Both the position numbers and the translations under genes were made by a program. From a virus, in the IMG/VR virus record IMGVR_UViG_3300020205_002848, positions 1 to 64,000 of that record: 64,000 nt of DNA. The stretch is one strand, 5' to 3'. Positions 49,934 through 60,457 of this stretch are shown in pieces (within the stretch, counting starts at the first letter, position 1; each line of letters begins with the position of its first letter). Below the pieces are notes generated by a model. That model was not told where the DNA came from. It saw only the letters and a program-made list of their open reading frames with translations, and made no database searches.

Positions 49934-52900
49934 ATGATAAAGAATGATAAGGGTGAAAATTTGATGATGGATGATGGAGGTGTTGTTAAAACTCCTGAGA
50001 TGATGATAGAATCCGCAAAGTTTACACAAGATTTGTTGCAAAAAATAACTGGGAGTCCTTGGCCACAAACCACTATCAATCCTGAATTTTCAAAAACTAC
50101 CGGATTTCTACCAAGTGTTCTTATACAACCAACAATAAGCTCCGTTTCTAGGACAAAGGATCAAAATGAAGATATGGAGATTATAAAGGGTAAATATGGT
50201 GAATACATTTGGAAAGACTGGAGAGGTCAAATTTTGACAGAACAACCAATTTTAATTAAAACAGAAGATAGATTTAAATTACACAATGATTTACCTAGAA
50301 CAGGAGCGGATTTGTTCAAAAAGCCATACTCTTCGAGAGACTGGCTTGCCGCATTTGGTGATAAAAGTACCGATTATTTTAAGAATGGACTGCAAGTAAT
50401 TGATGGATTGACACCGATTGAGAACCCAATTAATGGAGAATCTAATTTAAGATTAAGCCAAAATGGTTTCGATAATTGGCTGACTCCTTTCGAGTTAAAC
50501 GATCCTGTATATTTTGGATTTGATATAATATTTGATGCTGTAAGTTCTCCATTATTAAATGGATCGGTTAAAGATTTTATAAATAACTATTCAAGTATAA
50601 ATGAAATATCAACTAAAAAACAAGTATATGAAGAATTTAAAAATCAATTTCTTAAATTCTTTAGAACAAATGCTAAAGTTAGTGTTGATGATACTCAAGT
50701 TACAATGACTAAAACAAATGTAAATCCAGCAAATTTGGATACTCAATCAACAATTTTCGAAGCAGGTAAGAAATCTTACTTTTCTAGTTACGTTCAAAAA
50801 ATAACTGGATTTGACTCTTTAGCTGAAACAAATAAAGGAGATACATTTAAATATATCCCGGAATGGAAAAAGGATTTTATAACAATAACAATGAGAGAGG
50901 ATACTTCTCTAAGTACAGGGGCTTTGGCTCATTTATATAAGTTGTTATATTGGTCAAGACCAAACGGCAAGGGACTTATACCAGAAAACCTTCTGAGGTT
51001 CAACTGTGATATAATAGTATCAGAGGTTAGAAACATGAACAGAGTTAGAAAAGCAAAAGAGACTGGTAATATAGAAGTTATTAAAGATAACGTCGCTAGA
51101 TGGATTTATACTTTAAGAGATTGTCAGTTTTGGTTTGATAAACTACCAGTTGATGATACCGTGGATATGTCAACTGATATGAAATCGTATGAAAACTTTA
51201 TAATATCTATAGATTTTAAATATTCAAGTCATAAACTTGAAAGGTTTGTACCAACTCCTGAATCAAAAGATGAAAATGGAGTATCTTGGGGATCTTATGT
51301 TGGATTTGACGCTGGAGCTATTTGGAAAATAGGAAATGCGGGAGCTAGAGGTAGTAGCGGGTCTGTATCCTCATCCTTGCCTCAATTTTACACAACAAAT
51401 ACAAATACCTTTAATCAGAATGGTATATCATCACCATATATACTTAGCATATACGGCGATCCGTCAAAAGAGAAACAAGTTACTAGTAATATTAGCTCGT
51501 TAACAAATCTATCAGATAAAGCCGATGCTGATGAAGTAAAAAACACTGCTGGTGCTACGGATAAAGCAGCTGAAGCAGCAGCAGCAGCTCAAACACCAGG
51601 TCAAGATATCACAACTATTGTTTCATCAACTCAGGTTTCAAATGCTATTGATGAAAAAAGTTCGACTAAAATGACTTTAGGTGCTAAAAGTATAGGGGGT
51701 CTTAAAAATATTTCAAGTCCTTTCTTTGATAAAATGGGATCACTTACTGGAAGTCCACTTGAATCCATTAAAGGAACAGATTTAAATTCAATGACAGGTA
51801 AATTCTCATCATTAATTAATAAGCCAACCAGTGGATTTTTTGATATTAGGAGCAGTTTAAAAGAAAGTATAAACTTATCATCAATTAAAACAAGTTTCAG
51901 TTTATCATCAATTAAAACAAGTCTTGAATCTGAAGTATCAAATTTTAAATCAACCGTTAAAGGATCAGTTGGTGACATTGTTGGTAAATATTCAAATATA
52001 AACATCCCATCGACAAATGGATTCTTCGATAAAATGGGTGCACTTACTGGTAATCCACTTGAATCCATTAAAGGATCGGTTGGTGACATTGTTAATAAAT
52101 ACTCGATCGATATACCATCAACAAATGGATTCTTTGATAAAATGGGTGCTCTTACCGGCAATCCACTTGAATCCATTAAAGGATCGGTTGGTGACATTGT
52201 TAATAAATATTCAAATATAAACATACCATCGACAAATTCATTCTTCGATAAAATGGGCGCTCTTACTGGTAATCCACTTGAATCCATCAAGGGATCAGTT
52301 GGTGATATTGTTAATAAATACTCGATCGATATACCATCGACAAATGGATTCTTCGATAAAATGGGTGCACTTACCGGTAATCCACTTGAATCCATTAAAG
52401 GGTCGGTTAGTGACATTGTTGGTAAATATTCAAATATAAACATCCCATCAACAAATGGATTCTTCGATAAAATGGGCGCTCTTACTGGCAATCCACTTGA
52501 ATCCATCAAGGGATCGGTTAGTGACATTGTTGGAAAATATTCAGCTGATATACCATCAGCAAATTCATTCTTTGATAAAATGGGAGCTCTTACTGGAAAT
52601 CCAGTCGAATCCATTAAAGGATCACTTGGTGATATTGTTGGAAAATATTCAGCTGATATACCATCAGCAAATTCATTCTTTGATAAAATGGGTGCTCTTA
52701 CTGGCAATCCGGTCGAATCCATTAAAGGATCACTTGGTGACATTGTTGGCAAATATTCAGATGATATACCATCAGCAAATTCATTCTTTGATAAAATGGG
52801 TGCTCTTACCGGTAATCCAGTCGAATCCATTAAAGGATCGATTGATGGTATTGTTGGTAAATATTCAAATGCTATTGAGATACCAAAAACTTCATTTTTT

Positions 52901-53116
52901 GATATTAGGTCTGATATAAAGCAGTTAACTGGTAATGACACATCATCTACTAATATGAGAACAAATCTATTAAACAAAACTTTGGAAAAAGTATATAATC
53001 AAAAGGTTGGAACTCCATCTGATAAAAAATCTGACCCACCAACATCTAACTCATTTTTTGATACTAATAATCAATTAAGAGATTTCTTAGGTGGTAATTT
53101 AGGAAATATTATATGA
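49934..53116 (+). CDS. Putative baseplate/tail protein with a 36/37-aa tandem repeat
   Basis: Located between the lysin and the gp5-like gene; repeat FFDKMGALTGNPLESIKGSVGDIV.KYS..IP. Confidence 0.6.
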   Translation: MIKNDKGENLMMDDGGVVKTPEMMIESAKFTQDLLQKITGSPWPQTTINPEFSKTTGFLPSVLIQPTISSVSRTKDQNEDMEIIKGKYGEYIWKDWRGQILTEQPILIKTEDRFKLHNDLPRTGADLFKKPYSSRDWLAAFGDKSTDYFKNGLQVIDGLTPIENPINGESNLRLSQNGFDNWLTPFELNDPVYFGFDIIFDAVSSPLLNGSVKDFINNYSSINEISTKKQVYEEFKNQFLKFFRTNAKVSVDDTQVTMTKTNVNPANLDTQSTIFEAGKKSYFSSYVQKITGFDSLAETNKGDTFKYIPEWKKDFITITMREDTSLSTGALAHLYKLLYWSRPNGKGLIPENLLRFNCDIIVSEVRNMNRVRKAKETGNIEVIKDNVARWIYTLRDCQFWFDKLPVDDTVDMSTDMKSYENFIISIDFKYSSHKLERFVPTPESKDENGVSWGSYVGFDAGAIWKIGNAGARGSSGSVSSSLPQFYTTNTNTFNQNGISSPYILSIYGDPSKEKQVTSNISSLTNLSDKADADEVKNTAGATDKAAEAAAAAQTPGQDITTIVSSTQVSNAIDEKSSTKMTLGAKSIGGLKNISSPFFDKMGSLTGSPLESIKGTDLNSMTGKFSSLINKPTSGFFDIRSSLKESINLSSIKTSFSLSSIKTSLESEVSNFKSTVKGSVGDIVGKYSNINIPSTNGFFDKMGALTGNPLESIKGSVGDIVNKYSIDIPSTNGFFDKMGALTGNPLESIKGSVGDIVNKYSNINIPSTNSFFDKMGALTGNPLESIKGSVGDIVNKYSIDIPSTNGFFDKMGALTGNPLESIKGSVSDIVGKYSNINIPSTNGFFDKMGALTGNPLESIKGSVSDIVGKYSADIPSANSFFDKMGALTGNPVESIKGSLGDIVGKYSADIPSANSFFDKMGALTGNPVESIKGSLGDIVGKYSDDIPSANSFFDKMGALTGNPVESIKGSIDGIVGKYSNAIEIPKTSFFDIRSDIKQLTGNDTSSTNMRTNLLNKTLEKVYNQKVGTPSDKKSDPPTSNSFFDTNNQLRDFLGGNLGNII
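51958..52885 (+). repeat. Eight tandem 108/111-nt coding repeats
   Basis: ttctt(c/t)gataaaatggg recurs every 108-111 nt; one degenerate copy at about 51720. Confidence 0.92.
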
Positions 53117-55245
53117 AAAAAACGGTAGAGGCTGGTAAAACTTATATAGGCGTTGTAGAAGATATAAAAGATCCAGAAAAAAAAGGCAGAATAAAAGTAA
53201 GAGTTATGGATATCTTTGATGATCAAAAAGTCGAAGATATTCCATGGGCTGCTCCTTGGAAAGATTTATCAGGTGGTCAGTTTTCTCTACCAGAAAATGG
53301 AAAAGTTGTAATTGTCGTATTTGAAAAGGGTGATACTTATAAACCCGAATATATTTTCACAGAACATTGGAATATAAATCTTGAGAATAAACTTAAAGGT
53401 TTGGGTGATGCTGATTATGAGTCAATGAAATCTGTTATATTTGACCACAAAACACAAATATATTCTAATGATTCAGAGGGTCTTAAAATAGACCACAAAT
53501 TTAATAACATTAACATCAAGGAAAATGGTATAAACGTAAATTTGAAAGATAATAATGCTATGTTAAATTTAGGTGACTCTACAGCTGACCAACAAATGAT
53601 ATTAGGGAATCATTGGATGGATTGGTTTGATGAATTCGTAGGGGTTTTTATGGAAAATACCGCATTTTTAGGAAATTTAGGAGCACCGGTTTTAGCAAGT
53701 CCTAGGTTAATAAATATTATGCTTAAATATAAGTCCAAAAGAGATCCTGTTTTTCTTTCACACCATGTTAATATAGTCGATAATGATAAAGTATCAACTG
53801 TTAAAAATGATAAGAGAGAGGAAACTGCTCAATTAGGTGATGGTTGGAAATCAACAATAAGAGAAAACAAAACAACAACTGTTACTCAAGAAACTAGTCA
53901 ACCAACAGATGGTGTTAAACCAAAGTATGATGATAAATTTGTCGGACCTGACACTAGTGTACCCGTACCTGTTCAAACAGTTACCAATCCTTTACCACCA
54001 CCTACTAAAGAAGAAGTCCCTCCAATTCCGGTTAAATCATCTATTCAATCTAATCCAAAAGTTGAAAAAATAATTTGGTTCTTAAAATCAAAAAATTATG
54101 AAATTTATGAAACCCCAAATGTATTAAACATGGTGGCTTTTAGAAATAAAGAATCAAATATAACTAATAAATTTGATGACCGTTTATGTGTATTCTTTAG
54201 AAATGATAATAATAACTGGGAGTTAATGGAATATTCTATAACTACTGTACCTGGATTTTTACCGGGTAAGAAGTATTTACCAGTACCTGTTAGCATTTTG
54301 AGATTGGGTCAATATGTTAAACAACTTAGTATGACCATTTTTGCTGGTGATGAAAATCATAAATGTTTAGTTTTTGAAAAATGTGCTCTACATAAAAATA
54401 CATCTAAAGATAGTTATAACTATGAGTCACCTACTGAAATAGGTGAATTTCCACTGACTATTCACAGATCAAATAAAACAGGCACATCTGAATATGTTTT
54501 TAATTACTCTAAGGGTTCTCAGGCTTTTAAAAATATAAATCAATATAATCAATTTATAGAAATTTGTGAAAAACAAGTAACTTCTGGTGATAAAAAGTTT
54601 ACATATACACTATGTTCTAAAAAAGAGTTTGATTCTTATGCGGACCCTGATGAACAAAGAGAAAAGTTGGAAAAATTTGGACAAACCGCGTCGGTTGTTG
54701 TCTCACCTCCGGTTGTGGTGGCTTCCCCTGTACAATCAGGAACAGCTTCTTCTCAAGGATCTTTGACAATAGGAGAATCTGTTAAAAATATTGAAAAATT
54801 GGTAAAAGATGGATTTGAATTAGAAAATCCAGGGGTGGTTACTTTTAGACAAGTTTCCGAAAGATCTAAAAAAGAAGGTAGGATTCTTAATACTAGAGAA
54901 ATATTTACATATGCCTCTCTTGATGTTGGAGCCGATGTTGATATTATTAAAACAAAAAAAGAAGCAATGGCTAAAACATATGAAAAATTCATTAAAAAAT
55001 ATGGAAAGTCACCCAATCTACTTAAAGATGGATATATAATGGTTTGGAACGCATATTCAGTAAAACAATATATTGGAGATCCAAAAGCTTCTTCTTCTTC
55101 TGAAGACTCTCAAGATAAAGCTAGAAAAAAATTATTAAATAAGTTTGGAATTAAAGTTCCTGAAAATTTAGCAATAAGAGGAATAATAGAGGCTAAAATT
55201 ATCCCATTTGGTAAAAAGATACAATTTACCACTGCTAAAAAATAA
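53113..55245 (+). CDS. Baseplate central spike (gp5/VgrG-like OB-fold) with an embedded YkuD-like domain
   Basis: YIGVVEDIKDPEKKGRIKVRV..IPWA.P...P..G..V.V.FE.GD..P; later LNMVAFRN..FDD..ITTVPG..GQY..IHR..SKGSQ. Confidence 0.8.
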   Translation: MKKTVEAGKTYIGVVEDIKDPEKKGRIKVRVMDIFDDQKVEDIPWAAPWKDLSGGQFSLPENGKVVIVVFEKGDTYKPEYIFTEHWNINLENKLKGLGDADYESMKSVIFDHKTQIYSNDSEGLKIDHKFNNINIKENGINVNLKDNNAMLNLGDSTADQQMILGNHWMDWFDEFVGVFMENTAFLGNLGAPVLASPRLINIMLKYKSKRDPVFLSHHVNIVDNDKVSTVKNDKREETAQLGDGWKSTIRENKTTTVTQETSQPTDGVKPKYDDKFVGPDTSVPVPVQTVTNPLPPPTKEEVPPIPVKSSIQSNPKVEKIIWFLKSKNYEIYETPNVLNMVAFRNKESNITNKFDDRLCVFFRNDNNNWELMEYSITTVPGFLPGKKYLPVPVSILRLGQYVKQLSMTIFAGDENHKCLVFEKCALHKNTSKDSYNYESPTEIGEFPLTIHRSNKTGTSEYVFNYSKGSQAFKNINQYNQFIEICEKQVTSGDKKFTYTLCSKKEFDSYADPDEQREKLEKFGQTASVVVSPPVVVASPVQSGTASSQGSLTIGESVKNIEKLVKDGFELENPGVVTFRQVSERSKKEGRILNTREIFTYASLDVGADVDIIKTKKEAMAKTYEKFIKKYGKSPNLLKDGYIMVWNAYSVKQYIGDPKASSSSEDSQDKARKKLLNKFGIKVPENLAIRGIIEAKIIPFGKKIQFTTAKK

Positions 55246-55271
55246 TATATAACTAAAAATAAATTGATATT

Positions 55272-55526
55272 ATGAATAACCCAAAATACCTTGTGAATAT
55301 ATCACACTCTCCATCTGTTCCTAACGGACAATATCTTATTAACGTTAATGGTGTTACACAATCAATGCCAACTTATAGTGAGGAATTATTTGTAGCTAGT
55401 ATGCCAGAAATTAAGACATATGCAACGGGATCTTCATATACAGAAGCATTGGATAATCTTTTAACATCTGTTTCATCAGTTGTTGATCCAGGAAATGGTC
55501 CTTTAAGTGGCATAGTAACTAACTAA
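55272..55526 (+). CDS. Hypothetical protein
   Basis: 84 aa; TAATATATA upstream. Confidence 0.6.
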   Translation: MNNPKYLVNISHSPSVPNGQYLINVNGVTQSMPTYSEELFVASMPEIKTYATGSSYTEALDNLLTSVSSVVDPGNGPLSGIVTN

Positions 55527-57301
55527 GCTATACCAACAGAGTTTAATAATTGTTTAAATAGAGGATATATGGTTCCTTTAGAACCTGTGCTGTTTAGTTT
55601 TGTATAATCATATCCCATCTTTTTAAGATCAGATTCAAATGGTTTCCAATATTTTGATATTTGACTTGATTTAATTTCAAAATGATGGTACTCAGTAACT
55701 CCTCTTTTTTGAACCATTCCTTCAGCTGGATTAGATTTACCCCATTCAGCTCCCCATGTTAAATCACCTTGTGTTTTAACCCAATTGTGAATGGTTTTAG
55801 TTAGTTTGGCATCTTTTGCTAAATTACCATTATCACCAATGGAAGACCACTTAAACCCAGGTATTTTAAATATAACGTCTATAGCTAATCCACATCCGTG
55901 TAATGAAGCAACCGCTCTTGCGGGACTACTTGGGTATGTTGATGCGACCATGTCCCTGGTTACCCCATTGTTTCCCAGTTTAGCTCCTGGATATCCATTA
56001 GCATTTAAATATTTTGCCAAATCAGTTAGTACATTTTTAAGTCGATGTCCTGCTAATCCATTTCCAGAACCACTGATATAATATAGTCCACCTGCTTTAG
56101 TGAATAATTTACTACCCACTGGTGGGCCTGGTCCAATAGGAGTTGTTGAAACATCATTAGATGTTGTCTCTGATGATGTTTCTGATGATGTTCCTGTAGT
56201 TTCATCAGCTGGTACTCCAGTCGGAGCATCATCTTCTTCATTTAGTGACATCTCAATTAATTCTTCAGATCCAACATATGGAGTCTCTATATACTCAGAC
56301 GCTAATAAACTTAAATCATCATCACCTTCAAAAATAAAACCATCTACCGGTTCATTAGGTAGGGGATCGCCTATCCATATTTGAAATGGAGGTACATCCT
56401 CTCTAGTTTTTATTTCAAAATCCTGAGGGAAAACAGCATTTAATTTAATTTTAGCAGAAGCTGCATCCGAAGCACTAGATCCAGTACCACCTGTACTACC
56501 TGTACCGCCTGTTGTTTCGGAAATCTCCAGTGAAAATGGACTTATATATGGCTGGTTATTCTTTCTTAATTCAGCCAATGATAAATTATCATAGGTACCT
56601 ACCTCAATTCTCCACTTTTGTATAATCTCATCTATAATCTCAGCATCTAATATAACACCCTCGTATCTCTTTGGTGATACATTATCTTTTAAAATAGTAA
56701 ATTCTTCATCACTTGATAAAGTAAAAGTTTCACCCTTTCCTTCTATTTTAATAGTTTTAGTTATATAAGGCTTTGTGCTCTCAGTAGCTCCCTTTTCTAT
56801 AGTTAACTCAACTCCATTTCCATCACTCCAAGACTTACCACCAACACTTTTATCAAGTGGGACCTGAACAATAGATACTGTACTACCTGTACCACCTGTA
56901 CCACCTGTACCAACTACTACAGAATAAGTCGATGGAGCACCGGTATAATACCAATTTATACTAATAACCGAACCATTATTGAAATAATATGGATCATATC
57001 CAAATGATCTCCATGTAGGTGGTGTATCTGACCAAGGGTCTTGTATTATCTCATAATATAAATTGGATGATGCTGGGTCTTTTTCCCTAGATTTTACAGA
57101 GATACCATCATTTATAAAATCATAATTACTGAAGTTTTCATAACTCCCTTCTCTTTTATAATTAATAGAATTAGAAAGATCCAACGAGTCAGTCCATTCG
57201 AATCTATAATTATTACCATTCTCACTATAAAGAGATGCCTTGAAATCACCAGGTGTTCCATCCTTGGCTCTTACACGTACCGATTTTATTAATTCAGACA
57301 T
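55523..57301 (-). CDS. Virion protein with C-terminal peptidase M15 (L-Ala-D-Glu peptidase-like) domain
   Basis: SLHGCGLAID...WGAEW...EYHHFE. Confidence 0.75.
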   Translation of the reverse strand: MSELIKSVRVRAKDGTPGDFKASLYSENGNNYRFEWTDSLDLSNSINYKREGSYENFSNYDFINDGISVKSREKDPASSNLYYEIIQDPWSDTPPTWRSFGYDPYYFNNGSVISINWYYTGAPSTYSVVVGTGGTGGTGSTVSIVQVPLDKSVGGKSWSDGNGVELTIEKGATESTKPYITKTIKIEGKGETFTLSSDEEFTILKDNVSPKRYEGVILDAEIIDEIIQKWRIEVGTYDNLSLAELRKNNQPYISPFSLEISETTGGTGSTGGTGSSASDAASAKIKLNAVFPQDFEIKTREDVPPFQIWIGDPLPNEPVDGFIFEGDDDLSLLASEYIETPYVGSEELIEMSLNEEDDAPTGVPADETTGTSSETSSETTSNDVSTTPIGPGPPVGSKLFTKAGGLYYISGSGNGLAGHRLKNVLTDLAKYLNANGYPGAKLGNNGVTRDMVASTYPSSPARAVASLHGCGLAIDVIFKIPGFKWSSIGDNGNLAKDAKLTKTIHNWVKTQGDLTWGAEWGKSNPAEGMVQKRGVTEYHHFEIKSSQISKYWKPFESDLKKMGYDYTKLNSTGSKGTIYPLFKQLLNSVGIA

Positions 57302-57317
57302 TTAATTAAATTTTATT

Positions 57318-57827
57318 TTAAATACCTCCAATGTTAAATTGACCATTCTTAATCGTTACTGGACTCTTTGGTGTGGAATTAACAGTTGGCGGTAAAGAGA
57401 TATCATTTTTTAGATATTTCTGTCTAGCAGGGTCAACCTTTGTTTGTTTATTAGGTTTACCTAGTCTACCTAAAATATCAATTCTTTTCTTAGAAAGATC
57501 GGTAGGTACTCCGATTCGGAAGAAATCAATTTCTCCAAGATCTGGATATTTTATAACCATACCTTTTTTAATATTCAATGGATTGTCAATATTGTTAATA
57601 GTTAAAATAATATCAATATGTTCTAAATAATTAACAGATTGTGATGGTGATAGATTATAAATATTTTGAAATAACAAATCAATTCTCATCTCTTCAATTT
57701 CTTGGACAACATACTCTTCGAGATTTGATCCAATATCTTGTCTTATAGTAGATGTGAATAAATCGAATAGACTATCATTCGAGCTTGATAACCTTCTAAT
57801 TTGCTTATGTAATGACTTGATATCCAT
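57318..57827 (-). CDS. Baseplate wedge protein (gp53/LysM-like)
   Basis: EMRIDLL..IY...DIILTINNIDNPLNIKKGMVIKYP. Confidence 0.7.
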   Translation of the reverse strand: MDIKSLHKQIRRLSSSNDSLFDLFTSTIRQDIGSNLEEYVVQEIEEMRIDLLFQNIYNLSPSQSVNYLEHIDIILTINNIDNPLNIKKGMVIKYPDLGEIDFFRIGVPTDLSKKRIDILGRLGKPNKQTKVDPARQKYLKNDISLPPTVNSTPKSPVTIKNGQFNIGGI

Positions 57828-57843
57828 ATTTTTATTTATTTAT

Positions 57844-59973
57844 TTATTTATCACCAACGACATCTTTAACCATCTCAACAAGTTTAGCCTCATCTTTAGG
57901 AGTCCAAACTCCAGATACAGATTGGCCATCAACGGTTTGTGTTTTAGCACTTTCAAAAACTTTAGCATTTTCTTTATTATAAACTATCACACTTCTAAGA
58001 TTACCTGTCTTAACAAGACTATATTTATATCCCTTTTCACTACTAGAGTTAGCATTAGCAACCGGGTCAATATCCTGATCGGATTGTTGATTTTGTTGAG
58101 ATTGAGCATTACCTGATGTACCTGATGTACCTGATGATTGAACAGTTGGTGATGTAGTAACAGACTCTCCTTTTACGGGTCCAGTGGCTGAATTTGGATC
58201 AGAGTTAACACTCAAAGAACTTTGATTTTCTTTAGTAGTTGTAGAAGGTGCTGTTAAATTTTGATTAGTTGGACTAGCTGGACCACCCGCTGAGCTCTGA
58301 GCCCCAGCAACGCCACTAGTTCCACTGTCACCAGCCGGTAGTCCATTTCCTGTATTATGATAAGCTCCTGATAATAGACTTTGAGCCGGACTTAAACTAG
58401 CGGAGTCAACTTGTGTATTTACAGTTCTTAAATTACCAGTATTAAATTTACCCATAATATCTCCTAATCCCCAAGGTCTAGCATTTGCTAAAGTAAAGTC
58501 AATTTTAATATTTGATGGCAAGTCGTTAAAAGCTAAATTTGTACCAAGACTTAATGCGACACTGGTTGTATACATATCACCTGAGCAAAAAACAGGCCTT
58601 AGTGGATTACCAAGTGTTATATGCCATGGAGTTGACGCAGATAACATTAAAGCATTTGCAATACCCTTAATCTCTTCTGCATATTTATTAACACACTTTG
58701 CAATACTATCAGTTACCGCGCTTATTACATCTTCAATCATCCCTTTAACTTGTTCCAGTAACTCTTCCTCTGCACTCTCTTCATCTGCAGTTGCTGGTGG
58801 GGGATTTGTTTTTGCAGCGGCGGCTTTACCCTTTGCATCTGCTTCTTCGTCATCTGCCTTAGCTACATCGTCCTCAAGAAGTTTTAAAACCATCGTCTTA
58901 GCAGCTGTAATAGCTTTCTCTATAGCCGATGTCATGTCTGATATAAGACTTTGTGGATTATCGGCCCATTTTTTAATTTTAGCGCCGAATTCCACACTCA
59001 ATCCATAATCCACATGATTAGATGTTCCAAATCTTAAAACATTTGATAAAATATCCATATATGCTATAGTAGGGTCAATTCCAGAAATGAATTTTTGTTC
59101 ATATTCACAAGTCATTTTAATACTAACTGTGCATGTTAGTCCAGTTCCAGCCTCGCCCATTCCTAAAGTTTTTCTTCTTTTAGCCATCTTAATTAAGTTT
59201 GGGTTACCAGCTGCTAGTCGCCTAGTCTTCACATCTCCATTTAATATACCCAGTTCTACCAGAAGACCTTGTACCAATGCTTCTGACCAACCCGGTATAG
59301 GGACTATACCAAGTCCAGCACCACCAACACCACCAACAGGTTTTATTTTTGCTAGATCTTCTCCTATATTATTTATAACTTCGGTGAAATCAGCTTTAGC
59401 ATCTATCCACTCTTCACCAAAACTAATTTCCAAAAAATCTTCAACTGGTGTTTTCCAACTTATTAAAATAGCAGCAGGTCTGGTTGATATTCCATAAATG
59501 TCATCAGGGGCTGGACTATTAAATCTCCTAGCAATCATAAGTCTATTATTTGGATAAACTCCGATGTTCTTTAGGTATGCAAAATCAGATGGTCTTAGTT
59601 GAGCGGCTGTATTTGCAGTTCTCTCTACGATATTTAAAATAGATGTGTCATAAACATCATTATTATGAAGAGTTTTTCTACCAACTCCGTTATAAGGAAC
59701 TCCGATTCCTGTTTTTAATTTTTCCTCACTGCCTCCTGGTTGAATATTCCCCCATGGTTTAACAACAGTACCCCCTGTAAATAATGAAAATGCTCCAGAT
59801 TTGCTATCTAGTTTAGCTTTGGCTAATCTTTCTTTATCATCTGTTCTACCAGAGTTATAAAGATTTACATTGACATTTCTACTTCTACCACCATTAAATG
59901 TAGACATACCGGTTTTACTTGGACCAGACATTATTCCAATAAGACCTAACGGGGATCCTCCTAATACAGCCAT
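57844..59973 (-). CDS. Putative baseplate/tail assembly protein
   Basis: 709 aa, adjacent to the gp53-like gene; PWHITLGNP...NDLPS.IK..FTL..ARP. Confidence 0.55.
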   Translation of the reverse strand: MAVLGGSPLGLIGIMSGPSKTGMSTFNGGRSRNVNVNLYNSGRTDDKERLAKAKLDSKSGAFSLFTGGTVVKPWGNIQPGGSEEKLKTGIGVPYNGVGRKTLHNNDVYDTSILNIVERTANTAAQLRPSDFAYLKNIGVYPNNRLMIARRFNSPAPDDIYGISTRPAAILISWKTPVEDFLEISFGEEWIDAKADFTEVINNIGEDLAKIKPVGGVGGAGLGIVPIPGWSEALVQGLLVELGILNGDVKTRRLAAGNPNLIKMAKRRKTLGMGEAGTGLTCTVSIKMTCEYEQKFISGIDPTIAYMDILSNVLRFGTSNHVDYGLSVEFGAKIKKWADNPQSLISDMTSAIEKAITAAKTMVLKLLEDDVAKADDEEADAKGKAAAAKTNPPPATADEESAEEELLEQVKGMIEDVISAVTDSIAKCVNKYAEEIKGIANALMLSASTPWHITLGNPLRPVFCSGDMYTTSVALSLGTNLAFNDLPSNIKIDFTLANARPWGLGDIMGKFNTGNLRTVNTQVDSASLSPAQSLLSGAYHNTGNGLPAGDSGTSGVAGAQSSAGGPASPTNQNLTAPSTTTKENQSSLSVNSDPNSATGPVKGESVTTSPTVQSSGTSGTSGNAQSQQNQQSDQDIDPVANANSSSEKGYKYSLVKTGNLRSVIVYNKENAKVFESAKTQTVDGQSVSGVWTPKDEAKLVEMVKDVVGDK

Positions 59974-60067
59974 AATAATAAAATATAATTTTTATACATT
60001 ATATATATAATTTTTAATCTTTTGTATGATATAAAAATAAGTTTTATATAATAAAATCATTAATTAT

Positions 60068-60457
60068 CTAGTAGTCACGTATTATTTGAGAGTTTGAAAA
60101 TTTTGAGAGATTTCCGAGAACATCATCCATAATATCTGGATTTTTTCTGAACTCGTTGTAAAATATTAAAACATTGAAATTGTTTTCACCTAATATCTTT
60201 TTTAAATTAATTAGTTTTTCTATTGAAAAGTCCTGGTCAAAGTCAGGAATGTAATAGATATCTTTCTTTTTATCTATCGCTTGTTGTATTTTATTAAATA
60301 TCAATATCTTTAGATAGGTCTTATCATTTTGAAAGTCAAGTTCCTCTTCATCAACTATCTTCTTGATATCGATTATATACTTATTTTTGATACGGTTCAC
60401 TTTAACGAACTTATCAAACTTTTTTCTAGTCTTGCAATAAACACAAAAGAACTCCAT
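60068..60457 (-). CDS. Hypothetical protein
   Basis: 129-aa ORF. Confidence 0.65.
   Translation of the reverse strand: MEFFCVYCKTRKKFDKFVKVNRIKNKYIIDIKKIVDEEELDFQNDKTYLKILIFNKIQQAIDKKKDIYYIPDFDQDFSIEKLINLKKILGENNFNVLIFYNEFRKNPDIMDDVLGNLSKFSNSQIIRDY

Noticed and set aside
51958-52885. Possible CRISPR array
   Set aside because: Units are near-identical along their whole length, have no unique spacers, are multiples of 3 and vary mainly at synonymous sites
51631-52977. 448-aa minus-strand repeat ORF
   Set aside because: Antisense shadow of the 108/111-nt coding repeat in 49934-53116
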